This document shows positions 51,901 to 64,000 of a DNA stretch of 64,000 nt, one piece after another. The stretch covers positions 32,370,437-32,434,436 of the forward strand of contig NC_092672.1 in assembly GCF_964355755.1 (NCBI RefSeq), read 5' to 3'. Below the pieces are notes generated by a model that did no database searches, had not been told where the DNA came from, and saw only the letters and a list, made by a program, of their open reading frames with translations. The position numbers and the translations under genes are program-made. The stretch's first letter is position 1. Every line of letters starts with the position of its first letter. Origin of the DNA: Antedon mediterranea (lineage: Eukaryota > Animalia > Echinodermata).

Positions 51901-54900
51901 AATATTTATAGGAAGAGAGATAGACAAGTTGCTGGTATGATGTTGATCGAGTAATGTCATGTGCCCAAATATGGTAGCAATGGCCAAATATGGTTGTGAT
52001 ATAATGTCATCATGACCATATATGGACAGATTTTTTTTGTCACATAAAGTTTGATAGTGCAGACAGAGTTTTATGCAATGTAGCTTAAAATTCTCCATTT
52101 AATATTCTTCCTTCCCTTATCTAGCCTTGAATCATTTAATTTTGTAATCAAACTTCCTGATTGGTCGTTGGTCTTGCACGCGGTCAGTTGTAGACACACC
52201 CTTGTGTAATTGAACATGGCGCTATTCATCGTGTTCGTGCAATTCCATTGAGAGTACTGGTTTATCAACACCATTATAAACATAGGATTAGCTGGTCTCA
52301 GAGAACAGATGAACTATGCTTGACCATTCTCACTGACCATTCACTCTATTGTTTAATCTGTACAGTCTGCTGGTTGACATTACAAATCACCTTATCAACA
52401 GGCTAGTGCTTGTGTAATGTCCAGTAATGGCTGACACACTTGGACCATTCACTTAAGTATTGCATACAAGGTTGTCTGTAATGTCCAAGGGTACAGTACT
52501 GTATGTCTGACCACTACATTCAATTGTTTAATTGACCAGACAGAAATAGACTAGAGGTCAAGAAGAAACTTCAATTAATACTTTTCTTTCGAACAGGAAA
52601 AAATGCAATACAGCTAGATCTACCAAAACAAGGCGCCCTGGTCCTTCAAATAGAAAAATACAAAAGAGCCCCTTGTTTTGGGACACCCCTATTAAGGAAC
52701 ATCCCTAATTTCCTGTGAAACTATATTTTTTACACTACAGCCAACCTCTATTCTCGGCACACCCTTTTTTTTTCCACAGTTGCTACTGTATCTAATATCA
52801 AGCAATGTATGTACAGTAATAAATAAATATATTTAATAAATAAATGTTGTACATTTGATACTTCAGTAACAAATATTTCTTTAAAATTAAATTTATTTTA
52901 AAAACTCAAATATGAATTCTCAATTATTTAATTTTTACAGTTGAACTTTTCAACTTTCACGGCAGCAACAAAGGCTTAGTGAAATCCAAAAGTGCCTAAT
53001 ATCACACCAAATGTCAACAGTGTTGATAATAAGGATCAGGACACCTTTTTAATTCCATGTTTTGGGTGATTTCCAAATTCATTGGGTATGTACAGTATGT
53101 ACTGTCTGGTTTTTATCTGCTTAAAATCACATGCTACAAAAATCGATATCTGAACATTGTGTCAACAAAGTCTAATGAACTGTCTGATAATTGGCTATAT
53201 TTTTTTAACTGTAATATTCATAAGAATCAATAACAAAAATTCTATTATTTAAAAAAAAATCCATTTCATTATTTTGGGCAAATTTTTAAGTGCATAACTT
53301 GCTTTGTATTGTGGTACAGTTGTACATATACTTTTCATTACAATGATAACATCCACAATTTTTTTGTTAATACAGTATCTCTTTAAATTACATTTTTTTA
53401 CCTATTTATTTGCCAGCTAGCTATTCCAACAAACACATTGCTTTTTAGGAAAATTTATATTTAAAATTTGATGTTACAAAAGCTAAAAACTTGAGTCATC
53501 AATTTGGCCAAATTTTATTTAAAATAACATGCCCTACTGTATTAATTTATTTCACTCAGTTTCTTTGACATGAGGTTTGATATCCTTGTTTAACAATGGT
53601 GTTCCCGAGTGACCCAATAAAAAAAAAAACTATTATTACTTTTATTGTAACTTATATAGTATTTCTTATAATTCTAAATGGATGAAATAATCTTTCAATC
53701 ATGTTACTTAATAAATTGCTTTTCTTTATGAAATATTTATAAATTATACATATTATTATATTACACTGCCATTACAGCATATTAAATTCAGGAGATATGC
53801 TGAATTCAGATGTCAGCTATAGTCTAATCAGTTGAGATAGCATATGATAATGCTCAGCTCTAGATGAAAGTTGGGGCCATCTCTGAAGCAGCCATGCTCG
53901 TCTACATGCTACCAGCAGTGAAGCAAAGCCTCGGCACTATCATTAACCAGACAACACAGACACGACGACGCCGCAAAATTAATCAGTCTCAGTCATAATC
54001 TCATGGCAGGCCAATTACTCAGGTCACATGACAAGTTGAGCACTTACTGTTCGATATTATGGAGTCTAACGTTTGCTGTACTGGCTGGCACAATGCTTTT
54101 AACTGGGTAGAATATTAAAGTATGCTTATTTTGGGCGTTAATCAGAAATATAATGAAAACTCCTTCGTAATCTTACAACAGGCAGGAAGCGTCTAATATT
54201 AATGAATTAAATCGGGAACTACTGTATAATACTATAATTACCATATTTTATTCGAATGAACGGCCCAGGGCATTTATTGTTCAAGAGGATTTTTAGTGGC
54301 CATTTACCCAAGATATTGTACTGCAGAAAATATCATTTTTAAACTACAGTACTGTATGACCATGAAAAAAATATTTAATAACGCAATGAATAATGTTGAA
54401 ATAAAATTGACTATTATTAAGGTTATCGAAGGCTAAAGTACATACAGATTATGTTTTGACATTCAGTATTTAATATTAACCAATCATTCGGCTCATTACA
54501 GAGGTACACGTACTACTATGTCTGTTTCAGTAGATAAGGTGATGTAGCCATCATCTTCTAACCTTCAATTTTATTATATAATATTTTTTAATATATTGTT
54601 GAATGTGTTTGTAATATTTAATAAATGTTAGGCAAAAACTACACGCCGTGTATGTTTCATTTTTTTCTTTAACATTTTAAAACACAAATGCAAAAGAATA
54701 TTATTGTAACATTTAATACTGTATTGTTGAAAATTTGACATACAGTAAAAGTAAAACCGGGGAAATTTCGAGAACCTGTCAATAAATAATAACTTTTTTT
54801 TTTACTTCTGATCGATCGACTCCTGTTACAATTAATGGTTTCTAACTTGAACGCTTCATTTGTATAATCATTTTCGTATATTTATCTGTAATTATTATTT

Positions 54901-56545
54901 AAGTGTTAATTTTTCTCTAAACTAAATACCGTTCTGATGATTAACGAAGGTGACTTATTTGGTCACCTTCCACTCTCATCATCCTTTTTTTAATATCTAA
55001 ATATTTAAGTAAAATGTATATTGATGTGTGTGGAAAAGAATTAATAAACAAACAAACTTCAATAACACTATAAATACTGTAATGATATTAACACATGAGA
55101 TACAAATGCCCATCTTCAAAGCATAATATATTTTTTTCGTCAATAAGTTTTAAATTTTGATTTTCTACAATGTGAAAGAAAGGTGGAACTAGGCCAGGTC
55201 AGACCTATCTTTATCCTAGTTCATCCCTCATGGTCGTGGGGGTCAAATCCATCGTCCTATATACTGTACTCCAGTATGATTAAACTAAAGTCTTCTGCAC
55301 TCTGATCGCGGTAGAGCAGTCAACCGTATCTCTGATAACGGATTTAAAAATCGTGGATTCTATCACTTCGGCATGCATTGCGTTATAAGTGAATTCAGAT
55401 AGGATATCGTTGATCTTGTATTTTATATCCGCAAGAAAACATGTTTTATTCCAGCGAGTTTAAGTACTGTAGATTTCAACATTCTGTACTTTAGATTTTT
55501 ATTTTAAGATTTCAATATATTTAAAAATAAATGCCATTATGACATTGTATTTGAATAAAATTAATTTTTACTAATTTATATATTTTTTTCTAGTTCTATT
55601 GTCATGTTTTGTAGGATATTACAAAAATTACATGTCAACACCAACTGTTCCACAATACAGAGTACTTTAGTAAATAGTAGACACGCCTTGGAATTGACCA
55701 ATCACAATGCTTCTTGTGGTTACCAAGTTTAGATCTGACTACACCAGTGAGAATTCAACCAACTAGTTAACATAATAAATAATGGTTTGTGGGTTTTTAT
55801 CTAATAAAATAGGAAAATAAATTACTCAATTTAAGAATGTCATTTTATATTAATTTTAAGGTATTAACAATAAAGATATATTGTCCACCACACACAAAAA
55901 CCTTGCCTGACAGACAATTTTTTTTTATCCAATTGTTGGCAAAGTTAATACTGTAACTACAGTATCATGTGACATCAAAACGGCATATTAGAGAAAACAA
56001 ATTTTTTTTATGTCTTTTTCAAGATCACAATACATCTTTAAAATAATCTTGTTCATGATGACTATCGAAACAGATCCTGATGAGTTCAAAGCCAATTAAT
56101 GTTACATGTGAGTAAAAAAAGGTTTTTACTATAAAGTAATGGCGAATAGAACATACATTATTATAAATCGTTGTTGATGAATATTCATCTATAAATGATG
56201 AAAAACAAACGACCTTGACCAGCGAAATGCATTTTAATAATGCAAATTTTATATCACACTACTACACAACAACATGTGTGTACAGTACTGTTTAAACACT
56301 ACATTTTTTAAAAACCGCACCCATTATCCAGACAGCTGTATGCACCATTTACTCAATTTATTAGGAAAAAAAATATATTAGTTTAGATTAAAGATTGTCT
56401 ACACATGTTGTCTTCAAGAACATGACAGTTTTTTTATCATTAGCATTTTCCGTATAGGGATCAACTGCTAATGGATACTGTACTAGCCAGAAGTAATCTT
56501 ATATTTTTAGGGATCACAATAGTAGAGGCTACAGTATAACTATAA

Positions 56546-56696
56546 AGCACTATCTACACTATCAAAAAAGTTTGACAAAAAAAGTGTGGTGTGCCCAAAT
56601 ATGGTAGTGATATTCCCAAATATGTAGTGATATGACATCATCATGTCCATATGGACACCTCACATTTTTTTGTCACATTAAGTTTGGATAGAGGTT
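56546..56696. mobile_element. AGCT-TIR MITE family copy
   Basis: agcactatctacactatcaaa..gtgcccaaatatggtagtgata..catcatgtccatatgg..ttttgtcacat..gtttggatagagg. Confidence 0.7.
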
Positions 56697-57104
56697 TAGA
56701 GAATCACACCGACATGCAGCAATTACAAAAACTGATCAGTTGTCAAAAATGTTATCTTACGAGGGTCGCCACAGTATTTACATACAATTTGAACCTGGTC
56801 ACATGTCTGCTTTATCACGTTTATTATCGGCAATAGCAAGCACAAAATGACTGGGCAAGTACTTCAGATAATATTAATATAACACATAAACAGAAAGGGT
56901 CAATATATTGATTCAATAGAGATATTATGAATTTCAAGATTTTTGTTTTTGTAATATAAAACTTTATGAAGAAATCTTTAATAAAACCAGGGGGGAGGGG
57001 GGGGGTACAGTAAAGACACATGAGTCTGTTTCCTGACATACTTCTATTTGGCTTGTTGTTTTAAACACATTCATCTTTTTTTATTCAACAGTGAAAAATA
57101 CATA

Positions 57105-57914
57105 CCGTATATTTCGGTGTATAAGTCGCACTTTTGACACGCAAATTTGACCTCTAAATTAAGGGTGCGTCTTATACACCGAACATAAATGCCTCTCACC
57201 ACACAGATTGTACATATAGGCCTAGGCTATCGTCACCTCGTTTGCTAGGCCTGAGTAGGCTAGGCCTAGCTACAGTAACTAACTAACGTAACGGCAACCT
57301 GCTTCTGCCTAGTTTTCAAGGCATTTTAGCATGATGTTATACTAAATATGATAAAGATTTGTTCATTATGGCGATAAAATTTCATTTGTAAACGTTTACG
57401 TACATAGTATTTATTTATACAGTAGTTATAAACACGATCGCCGTACCCCCAGCGCAAGCCCTCTTGGCGGCCACATGGTGTACGGTATTCGACTAGTATA
57501 TTCTCCAGGTACAGGTGATTATAGCATGGACCTAGCGTACACGCTTCAATTCTCGGATACATACATAGATACTAATCGAATAAGATTGTCCGTGAAAACG
57601 TGCGCCCTCTCGAAATGATCGAGCGAGGCTAGCCCACACGTACATGTTACACACACGGTCATGCACTCGATGTTGCGGCTGTTGAGGCTGGGCGCGGCCG
57701 AGCCTAGGTAAGAAAAAACCTAAATAAAGGACGCCGTTGCAGATATAACAAAATATATTATTACAATTATATTGATTACAATTTAAAAAAACATTGTTTT
57801 GATGAAATATAAGGTGCGTCTTATACACCGACGATTTAAAAAATACCGATATTTTACTCTCAGTTAGGGGGTGCGTCTTATACACAGGTGCGACTTATAC
57901 ACCGAAATATACGG
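57105..57914. mobile_element. Non-autonomous Tc1/mariner-superfamily (pogo/Tc2-like) element, 810 bp
   Basis: TA|CCGTATATTTCGGTGTATAAGTCGCAC ... GTGCGACTTATACACCGAAATATACGG|TA perfect TIR; subterminal gtgcgtcttatacac repeats. Confidence 0.9.
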
Positions 57915-59932
57915 TACTCTGTATAGATTACGGACAATGCCATTGGAACTAAAATGAGGTAAATATTTGGTGATGGCAATGCTCACACTTAAGGGCGTCG
58001 TCCACGGATTTATTGCACCATTTATGGATAGACTGTGACATTCAATGATTTTTTTACTTTTTAAGTTTCTGCTTTTCAACTAGAATTATTGCTGATTATC
58101 CAAGTACACTAAGCATGAAACATGGAATGTGTTTTATAAGCTTAAAAAAACTACATTTTTAAATAATTAATATAGTACGTAAGTTATTTCTGGCAAGTTG
58201 ACAGAGAATAAGCTACAGTAGGTACTTAGCAGTAAGCCTACACTTATGTTTCATGTGACCCACATGAGTGCCACCAGAATATTGAAATATGGAACATTCT
58301 TTGTAGACTAGACGCCATATGGCTAGAGAATGCTGACCATTGCAGGACAGACAATTCAGAGAAATCGACCTTAAATTTGACCTACACTTCAAGGAAATTA
58401 ATGCTAAACAGTAGACTTGTTTTGTCTGAACTTTAGGCTATTTGTACTTTTTACAAATTGCCAGGAAATTCTTATAATTAATCCAAAAACACAAACTGTA
58501 AATCTACAGTAATAATAATAATATGTAAATTTATGGTATTAATTAATAATAGTATTGTACAACAAGAAACCATAATGAATAATAGATAAAATACTTGAAT
58601 CATTTTAGAATAACCTTTTCCATTGAGAAACTCTTGTTCCATTATATATTCCAATGTTATCACAGTTAAAAAAGTGATTCAACAATTTTATAAAAGAACT
58701 TCCCTAACATTGTTGTCATCACTTGGCTATGCAATAGTTAACTCTCTAGCCAATCTATAATAACTCAATAGTCTAACCACATCATCATTATGATATTACA
58801 GTATTACCCAATAATACATTCTTTGTGGATTTCACTAACTAATTCAGTTAATCTGTCTAGTCATTTTACCAAAGAAATCATTAAAATAGGCTTTGAAAAC
58901 AAAGTATGCTATTTGATCATTATGAAATATTAAAACCCACAACCATTCATCAAGAACAATAAACAGGAAAAAGCAAATAATAAAATACCGTAATTTCTAG
59001 AATAAATGTCACGATGCGACACTGTATTGGCGACAGACAGTCTTGTTTCTAAAAGAGAGTGACAATATCCCCTTATGCAATTTGTAGCTTGGTGAATATA
59101 TAGCATTGTCATATACCTGGTCTAGACAAAGGCAGACAACTAACAATGCAGTATTGTTTACTAAAACATCCTAGAGGTAATTCTATGTTTAGTCTGTATG
59201 TATACACAACAGATCCTATACTAATGTTTCTGCTGGTAAAATAACCACAGCTATCTTCTGGTTTGAGCATTATGGAATTAGCATTCAGTTATCAATTTAT
59301 TGTAGTGTCCTGATCTTTGTGGTCAGTATGGAACTGTTAACTTTTTTTTATTTCCATGTAAGGACATTACAAGCCGACGAGACAGATTAATTTTATTTCA
59401 TCATTACTATTCAAATATGATGATTAATTTAACAAATAATGTAATTATGTGTACTGTGTGTTAGGGCCAATGACCTTTTTGGATTATTGTAAACTTTATA
59501 CTGTACGCCACCATTCTTTTTACACCTTTCCCAATATTGAGGACGATAAAAAAAATCAAAAAGCTCAACAGTTCTTTTTATAACTACATGTGGTGTACCG
59601 CAAAATTCACAATTTATTGAATATTAAAGCCATTTAATTTTTATGTAGTTTTTTTAATTCATTTTTCTAAAAATAATAAGTATACTAATTACTATCAATA
59701 AAGTTGTAAATTTTAAATACAATTTTTTATAAAAGTTTTTACAAGTTTTAATTTTCACTAATTCCATTTGTACACCATTATTCTTAGATTTTTTTTTCCT
59801 ATAAATGAATGAAATCAATGAAGTAGATTTTTTGTAAAAGGTTTTACAAGTTAAATTTTCTGTAATTCTATTCATCATTGAATTTATTTTCTCTCATTCT
59901 ATTCATTAGAGTTCAAATATTTAACTACCATA

Positions 59933-62082
59933 CAGTACCAGCGAGAATTACTGCCCCTTTTTGGACGCGACGGACGCGTCGAGTGTCCGTCCAATTTGCG
60001 TCCACGACGCGTCCATTCATAAACTAAACCAATGATTTGGACGCACTTCGTCGGGCGGGCCGTGACCTCGCTACCTGAGTCTGTTTTTGTTATTGTTCGC
60101 GACCGTATTCATATTCAAATGACATCGGAAAACTAAGCCTGACTGTTGAGCAGGGTCGGCTGTATTGGTGTTTGTTTATAAAATACTTTCACAATACAAA
60201 CAATATGATTAAAAAATAAATAAAGTTAGCCTACGACTTGTGTGTGTTGTGTTTATTTTTATCTGCCGAATAATTCGTCCAAAAAGCCAGTTTCGTGCGA
60301 AACTGTGTCTATATCCATCGCTAGCCCGCCGTGGGATCTAGCCGGCCGGTTCACTGTCTAGCACGTACACCACCGCCTGAGATCGGCCTAGCGTACTCGA
60401 TCAATAATCATCGTCATGATACAGTATATTTTGTTCATATGAATCATTTTATGGAAGAATATTTTTTTAATAACGAGGCCTCTATTTCATGTTGAATTAT
60501 TGATATGATCATAGAGAAATAAGTTATATTTAAATGTCATATGATGAGTTAAAACTGTGGAAGAAGGCTCAACAAAATCATGTAGCCTACAGTATGTACT
60601 GTACACTGTCAATTTATATCTCCATGGTCGTCATAGCGCGCAACAAAGAGCACGTGATATTTTTCTACTCCATTGGATCCCAGCAATATTGCAACCATGT
60701 TCTACCGCTGCTGAAAAGCGGGTTGATGACCCTGTGATGACGTACAGTACAACACTAGGCATTCTGTGTACGCTTTGCTTATAAATATTAAGAAATATTT
60801 TTTTTACGCTATAATGATGTTCCTCTCTGATCATGTTAAGATTACAGTGTTTGTATAATTGTAATAATGACTGTAATAATATTTTTGTAGTTAATGTTAT
60901 TTTGTACCAATTTTGGGGTCTAAGCATAGAGATATTATAGTGAAGTTCACTATAATATCTCTATGCTTAGACCCCAAAATTGTCACTATAATATCTCTAT
61001 GCTTAGACCCCAAAATTGGTACAAAAAAACAAGGGCGGGTGTTAGAATTTGATACACTGAATAGAAAAAGACAATAGGACACGGAACAACACAAAGGCAT
61101 TAAGGCTTGGTACAAAAGCGATTTAAAACAAAAAAGCCAAGGGCGGGTGCTAGAATTTAATATAATGAATAAAAATAGGTTGAGGATATTTATAGTGTTA
61201 CAAAACTACATGTACTGCACCATTTTTGTCCATTACAATGTGTCGATTTTTTAATTAGTATATAAAATTCATTGCTTCGCTCGGACAGCGAAAGCAAACT
61301 ATTTTTCACACACTCGGGTCGCCGAACGGTCGAGTTAGGTAAATATGCTATCACGTGGTTTTACTGCATGCATGGCAGGCACACGTGGTTTCAGCACTAC
61401 ATTTCCCGCAAGTCCCGTTCGGCGGTTTCTTTTTAGGCGGCGTGCCAAAGAAGTTTTTTGACATTCGATACTCACAATTCATTGCTTCGCTCGGACAGCG
61501 AAAGCAACATATTTTCACACACTCGGGTCTAGTCGCCGATTGTTCGAGTTTGGTAAATATGCTATCACGTGGTTTTACTGCATGGCAGGCACACGTGGTT
61601 TCAACACTGCATTTCCCGCAAGTCTCGTTCAGCGGTTTCTTTTTAGGCGGCGTGCCAAAGAAGTTTTTTGACATCCGATAATAATTTTACTCACAAAAAA
61701 TCAGTCTTTCTTGCCCATATAGTAAGCTGTAGTACTAATGAACTGGTATCTATACGCACTTATTCATTAATTCGTTTTTTAGAGGTTTTTTTGTGCATGT
61801 TATTAACTACTGTAGTATAAAATACATTTCGTTTAATACAGGTTTTCACGGGTTGAGAAAACATCGTACAGAATATAACTGTAGTACAGTAACAATGCGG
61901 AGCTTTTGTTTACGTTAACACCGGCGTGGTTAGCTCCCGGTTAGCTCAAACAAAAAGGACGTTGGTCTAAGGTCAAATCACGTCAGACGCGTCGATATAA
62001 TGGACGCGAAGTGGACGCGTCATGGACGTATTCATGCCGCGTCTGCCGCGTCCGAATTGGGCAGTAATTCTCGCTGGTACTG
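59933..62082. mobile_element. Non-autonomous TA-targeting DNA transposon (Tc1/mariner-like ends), about 2.15 kb
   Basis: TA|CAGTACCAGCGAGAATTACTGCCC ... GGGCAGTAATTCTCGCTGGTACTG|TA perfect 24-bp TIR; GGACGCG subterminal repeats; no transposase ORF recognised. Confidence 0.88.
61266..61680. repeat. Tandem duplication (about 210-bp unit, 2 copies) inside the 59.9-62.1 kb element
   Basis: aattcattgcttcgctcggacagcgaaagcaa...gcgtgccaaagaagttttttgacat at about 61266 and about 61476. Confidence 0.9.
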
Positions 62083-62934
62083 TATCTTTGGTGGTATCTT
62101 TGTCCCCCATTTCAAAGCAAACATATTTAAACTACCATAAAACTACTAAAGGCTACCAATAGATTATCATGTAGACTAGTTGATTCTGATCGTAATTGGT
62201 AATCGTCAGAGCATTTACTTGGCCGATTGCCAATAAATAGTGGCGCGCGTTGTGTACTGTACATAGAGGCTCTTATTATACAGTAAGAATATTACTGTTT
62301 ACTGAACTGTGTAGACATTTTTGTTTTTATTATAGACTGGTCTACAATAGTATTCCCAATGTCTAATAGTAGAGTGAATAGAGTTTACACAAAAAGGACT
62401 AAACAAAAGACTTAGCAAGTTCAGACACAACCAATTGTACACTGCTTTACGGTTCAGCGACCATGACCTAAATCAAACAGTGTAGACATTTTGAATTGAA
62501 TGAGAGACAGGCTCACAAAAACACAAAAAACATACGGCTTGGGATTGTTATTTCTGTTCATTCGATATGCAGCGAGGAAATATTGTGTATACGCTGTAAA
62601 GATCAATAACACCGCTAACACAATTTGTTGCCTCTCTACTTCACTACCAATCGATAAGTGTAATAATGTAAATGACATACGGCCGTCTATGGAGCGGGTC
62701 AAATCAATAATACACAAAGTTCAATAACCAGTTGGGTCTAGACGCCAGAATGCCCATGGCCATTACCCAATGCCTCTGTGACAAACAGATTATAATTACG
62801 TAATTTCAAACTAGAATTTTTTTAGGTAACTAACTTAACAAATTCTGTAATCAGATATTGTAAATATAAGGCCATTTATGTTTTGGTCTGAATTTTTATT
62901 ACAACAGCATAGAAATAGAAATATAGTTTAAGTA

Positions 62935-63150
62935 TAATTTGGGAAAATTGGGAATACACTGTAAATTTGGGGAAACCGATAGAAAATTGGGAATTATATA
63001 CTGCAAATTCGGGAATACCATACTTAGAAATTTGGGAATTGTAATGACAATTTAGGAAATTCAATCCATAAGGATTATTTGGGAAAATTGTACTGGAAAT
63101 ACCAACCATACTGGAAGTATTTGGTGGGAACACTATAAATTGGGACACGG
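62935..63150. repeat. Degenerate aaattgggaat low-complexity repeat
   Basis: Repeated (a)aatt(t)gggaa(t/a) motifs. Confidence 0.6.
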
Positions 63151-64000
63151 GATTTCATCTTATAATATTAATATAAAAAAAATAAATATCATACTCTTAA
63201 GTGTCATGTACATACAGTTATCAAGGAAGTAAATAACAGAAATTATTTTTTTTTGTCTAGACATATTCCTACAAGTACAGCTACACGAGACATGGATGAA
63301 GACATAATGATTATGGGAAATTAGGTATCCGACGCCTTTACTGAAAACAGCAAGCTCGATTGATTCAATCAAAGCGTTATTAATCATTAGAATAGTGAAA
63401 AAAAGCAAATCAAAGGTTAAAAATCTAATTATTTGTACTCTCCTCCACATAGACTTGTGATTTAGTGTACATTCTGTACTGTTTAATATTACAACCTCAA
63501 GGGTCTAAATTTATTTTAAGTTTATGAATGTGATGAATATGTTTCACTTTTGTTAAATAGCATCTTCATATTGAAAATATTAACCTTTCAACTTCGGCAC
63601 AGAATTCAGTCTCTGAATTAAATGCGTCTCATGTTTTTAACACAGTTACTAATTTGTTTTTCACTTTGTAAGTGCAACTTCAAAGTTGGCTTGTAGCTTG
63701 CCAGAGCCAAAACGAATTACTATAATATGCGGTTTTGTTTTACTGTCAACGATCATTTATCATAAAGTTTCAATGAACAGTAAAATTAAGTTCTTTTGCT
63801 CAATTTGCTAATCTATATTATTATTGAAAATGGTAAATTAAATTATCAACATTTTTTTTATAGATATATATATAAAAATTATATATATAAATTCTACAGA
63901 AGTTATCAATTTATTGTATTGTATCAAAATTTATGCTTTAAAATATGAAATAAAATTGTAAAATATTTTCTAAATATTGTAATAGTAAAAAAAAACACAA

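Noticed and set aside
46500-59900. Many 60-120 aa ORFs in the SKI intron as nested genes
   Set aside because: Low-complexity AT-driven composition, no recognisable domains and no consistent exon chain found.

Overview
AT-rich animal genomic DNA with spliced genes. It is probably an invertebrate deuterostome such as an echinoderm; this is inferred from the Deu-type SINE and the gene structures, not proven. Gene order: (1) last exon of a PARP12/TIPARP-like mono-ADP-ribosyltransferase with an unusual multi-pass hydrophobic C-tail (+), with a decayed L2/CR1-group LINE in the preceding intron; (2) a duplicated STAT/IRF-motif promoter-like block and a putative small gene encoding only a paralogue of that PARP tail (+); (3) ICMT, 4 exons (+); (4) RCC2, 9 exons (-), head-to-head with (5) a C7orf25/UPF0415 homologue, 7 exons (+); (6) the last five exons of a SKI/SnoN-family gene (-), whose very large upstream intron fills 40.7-64 kb. 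The rest is MITEs and other non-autonomous DNA transposons (TA-, TAA-, TTAA-, 5-bp- and 8-bp-TSD types), Helentron/DINE-1-like elements, a SINE, LINE ends and minisatellites. The best novelty candidates are the membrane-anchored PARP with its PARP-less tail paralogue, and a strong excess of transposon-footprint-like words. Exon coordinates were derived by hand from GT-AG sites with phase checks. Family assignments come from recalled motifs; no database search was run.
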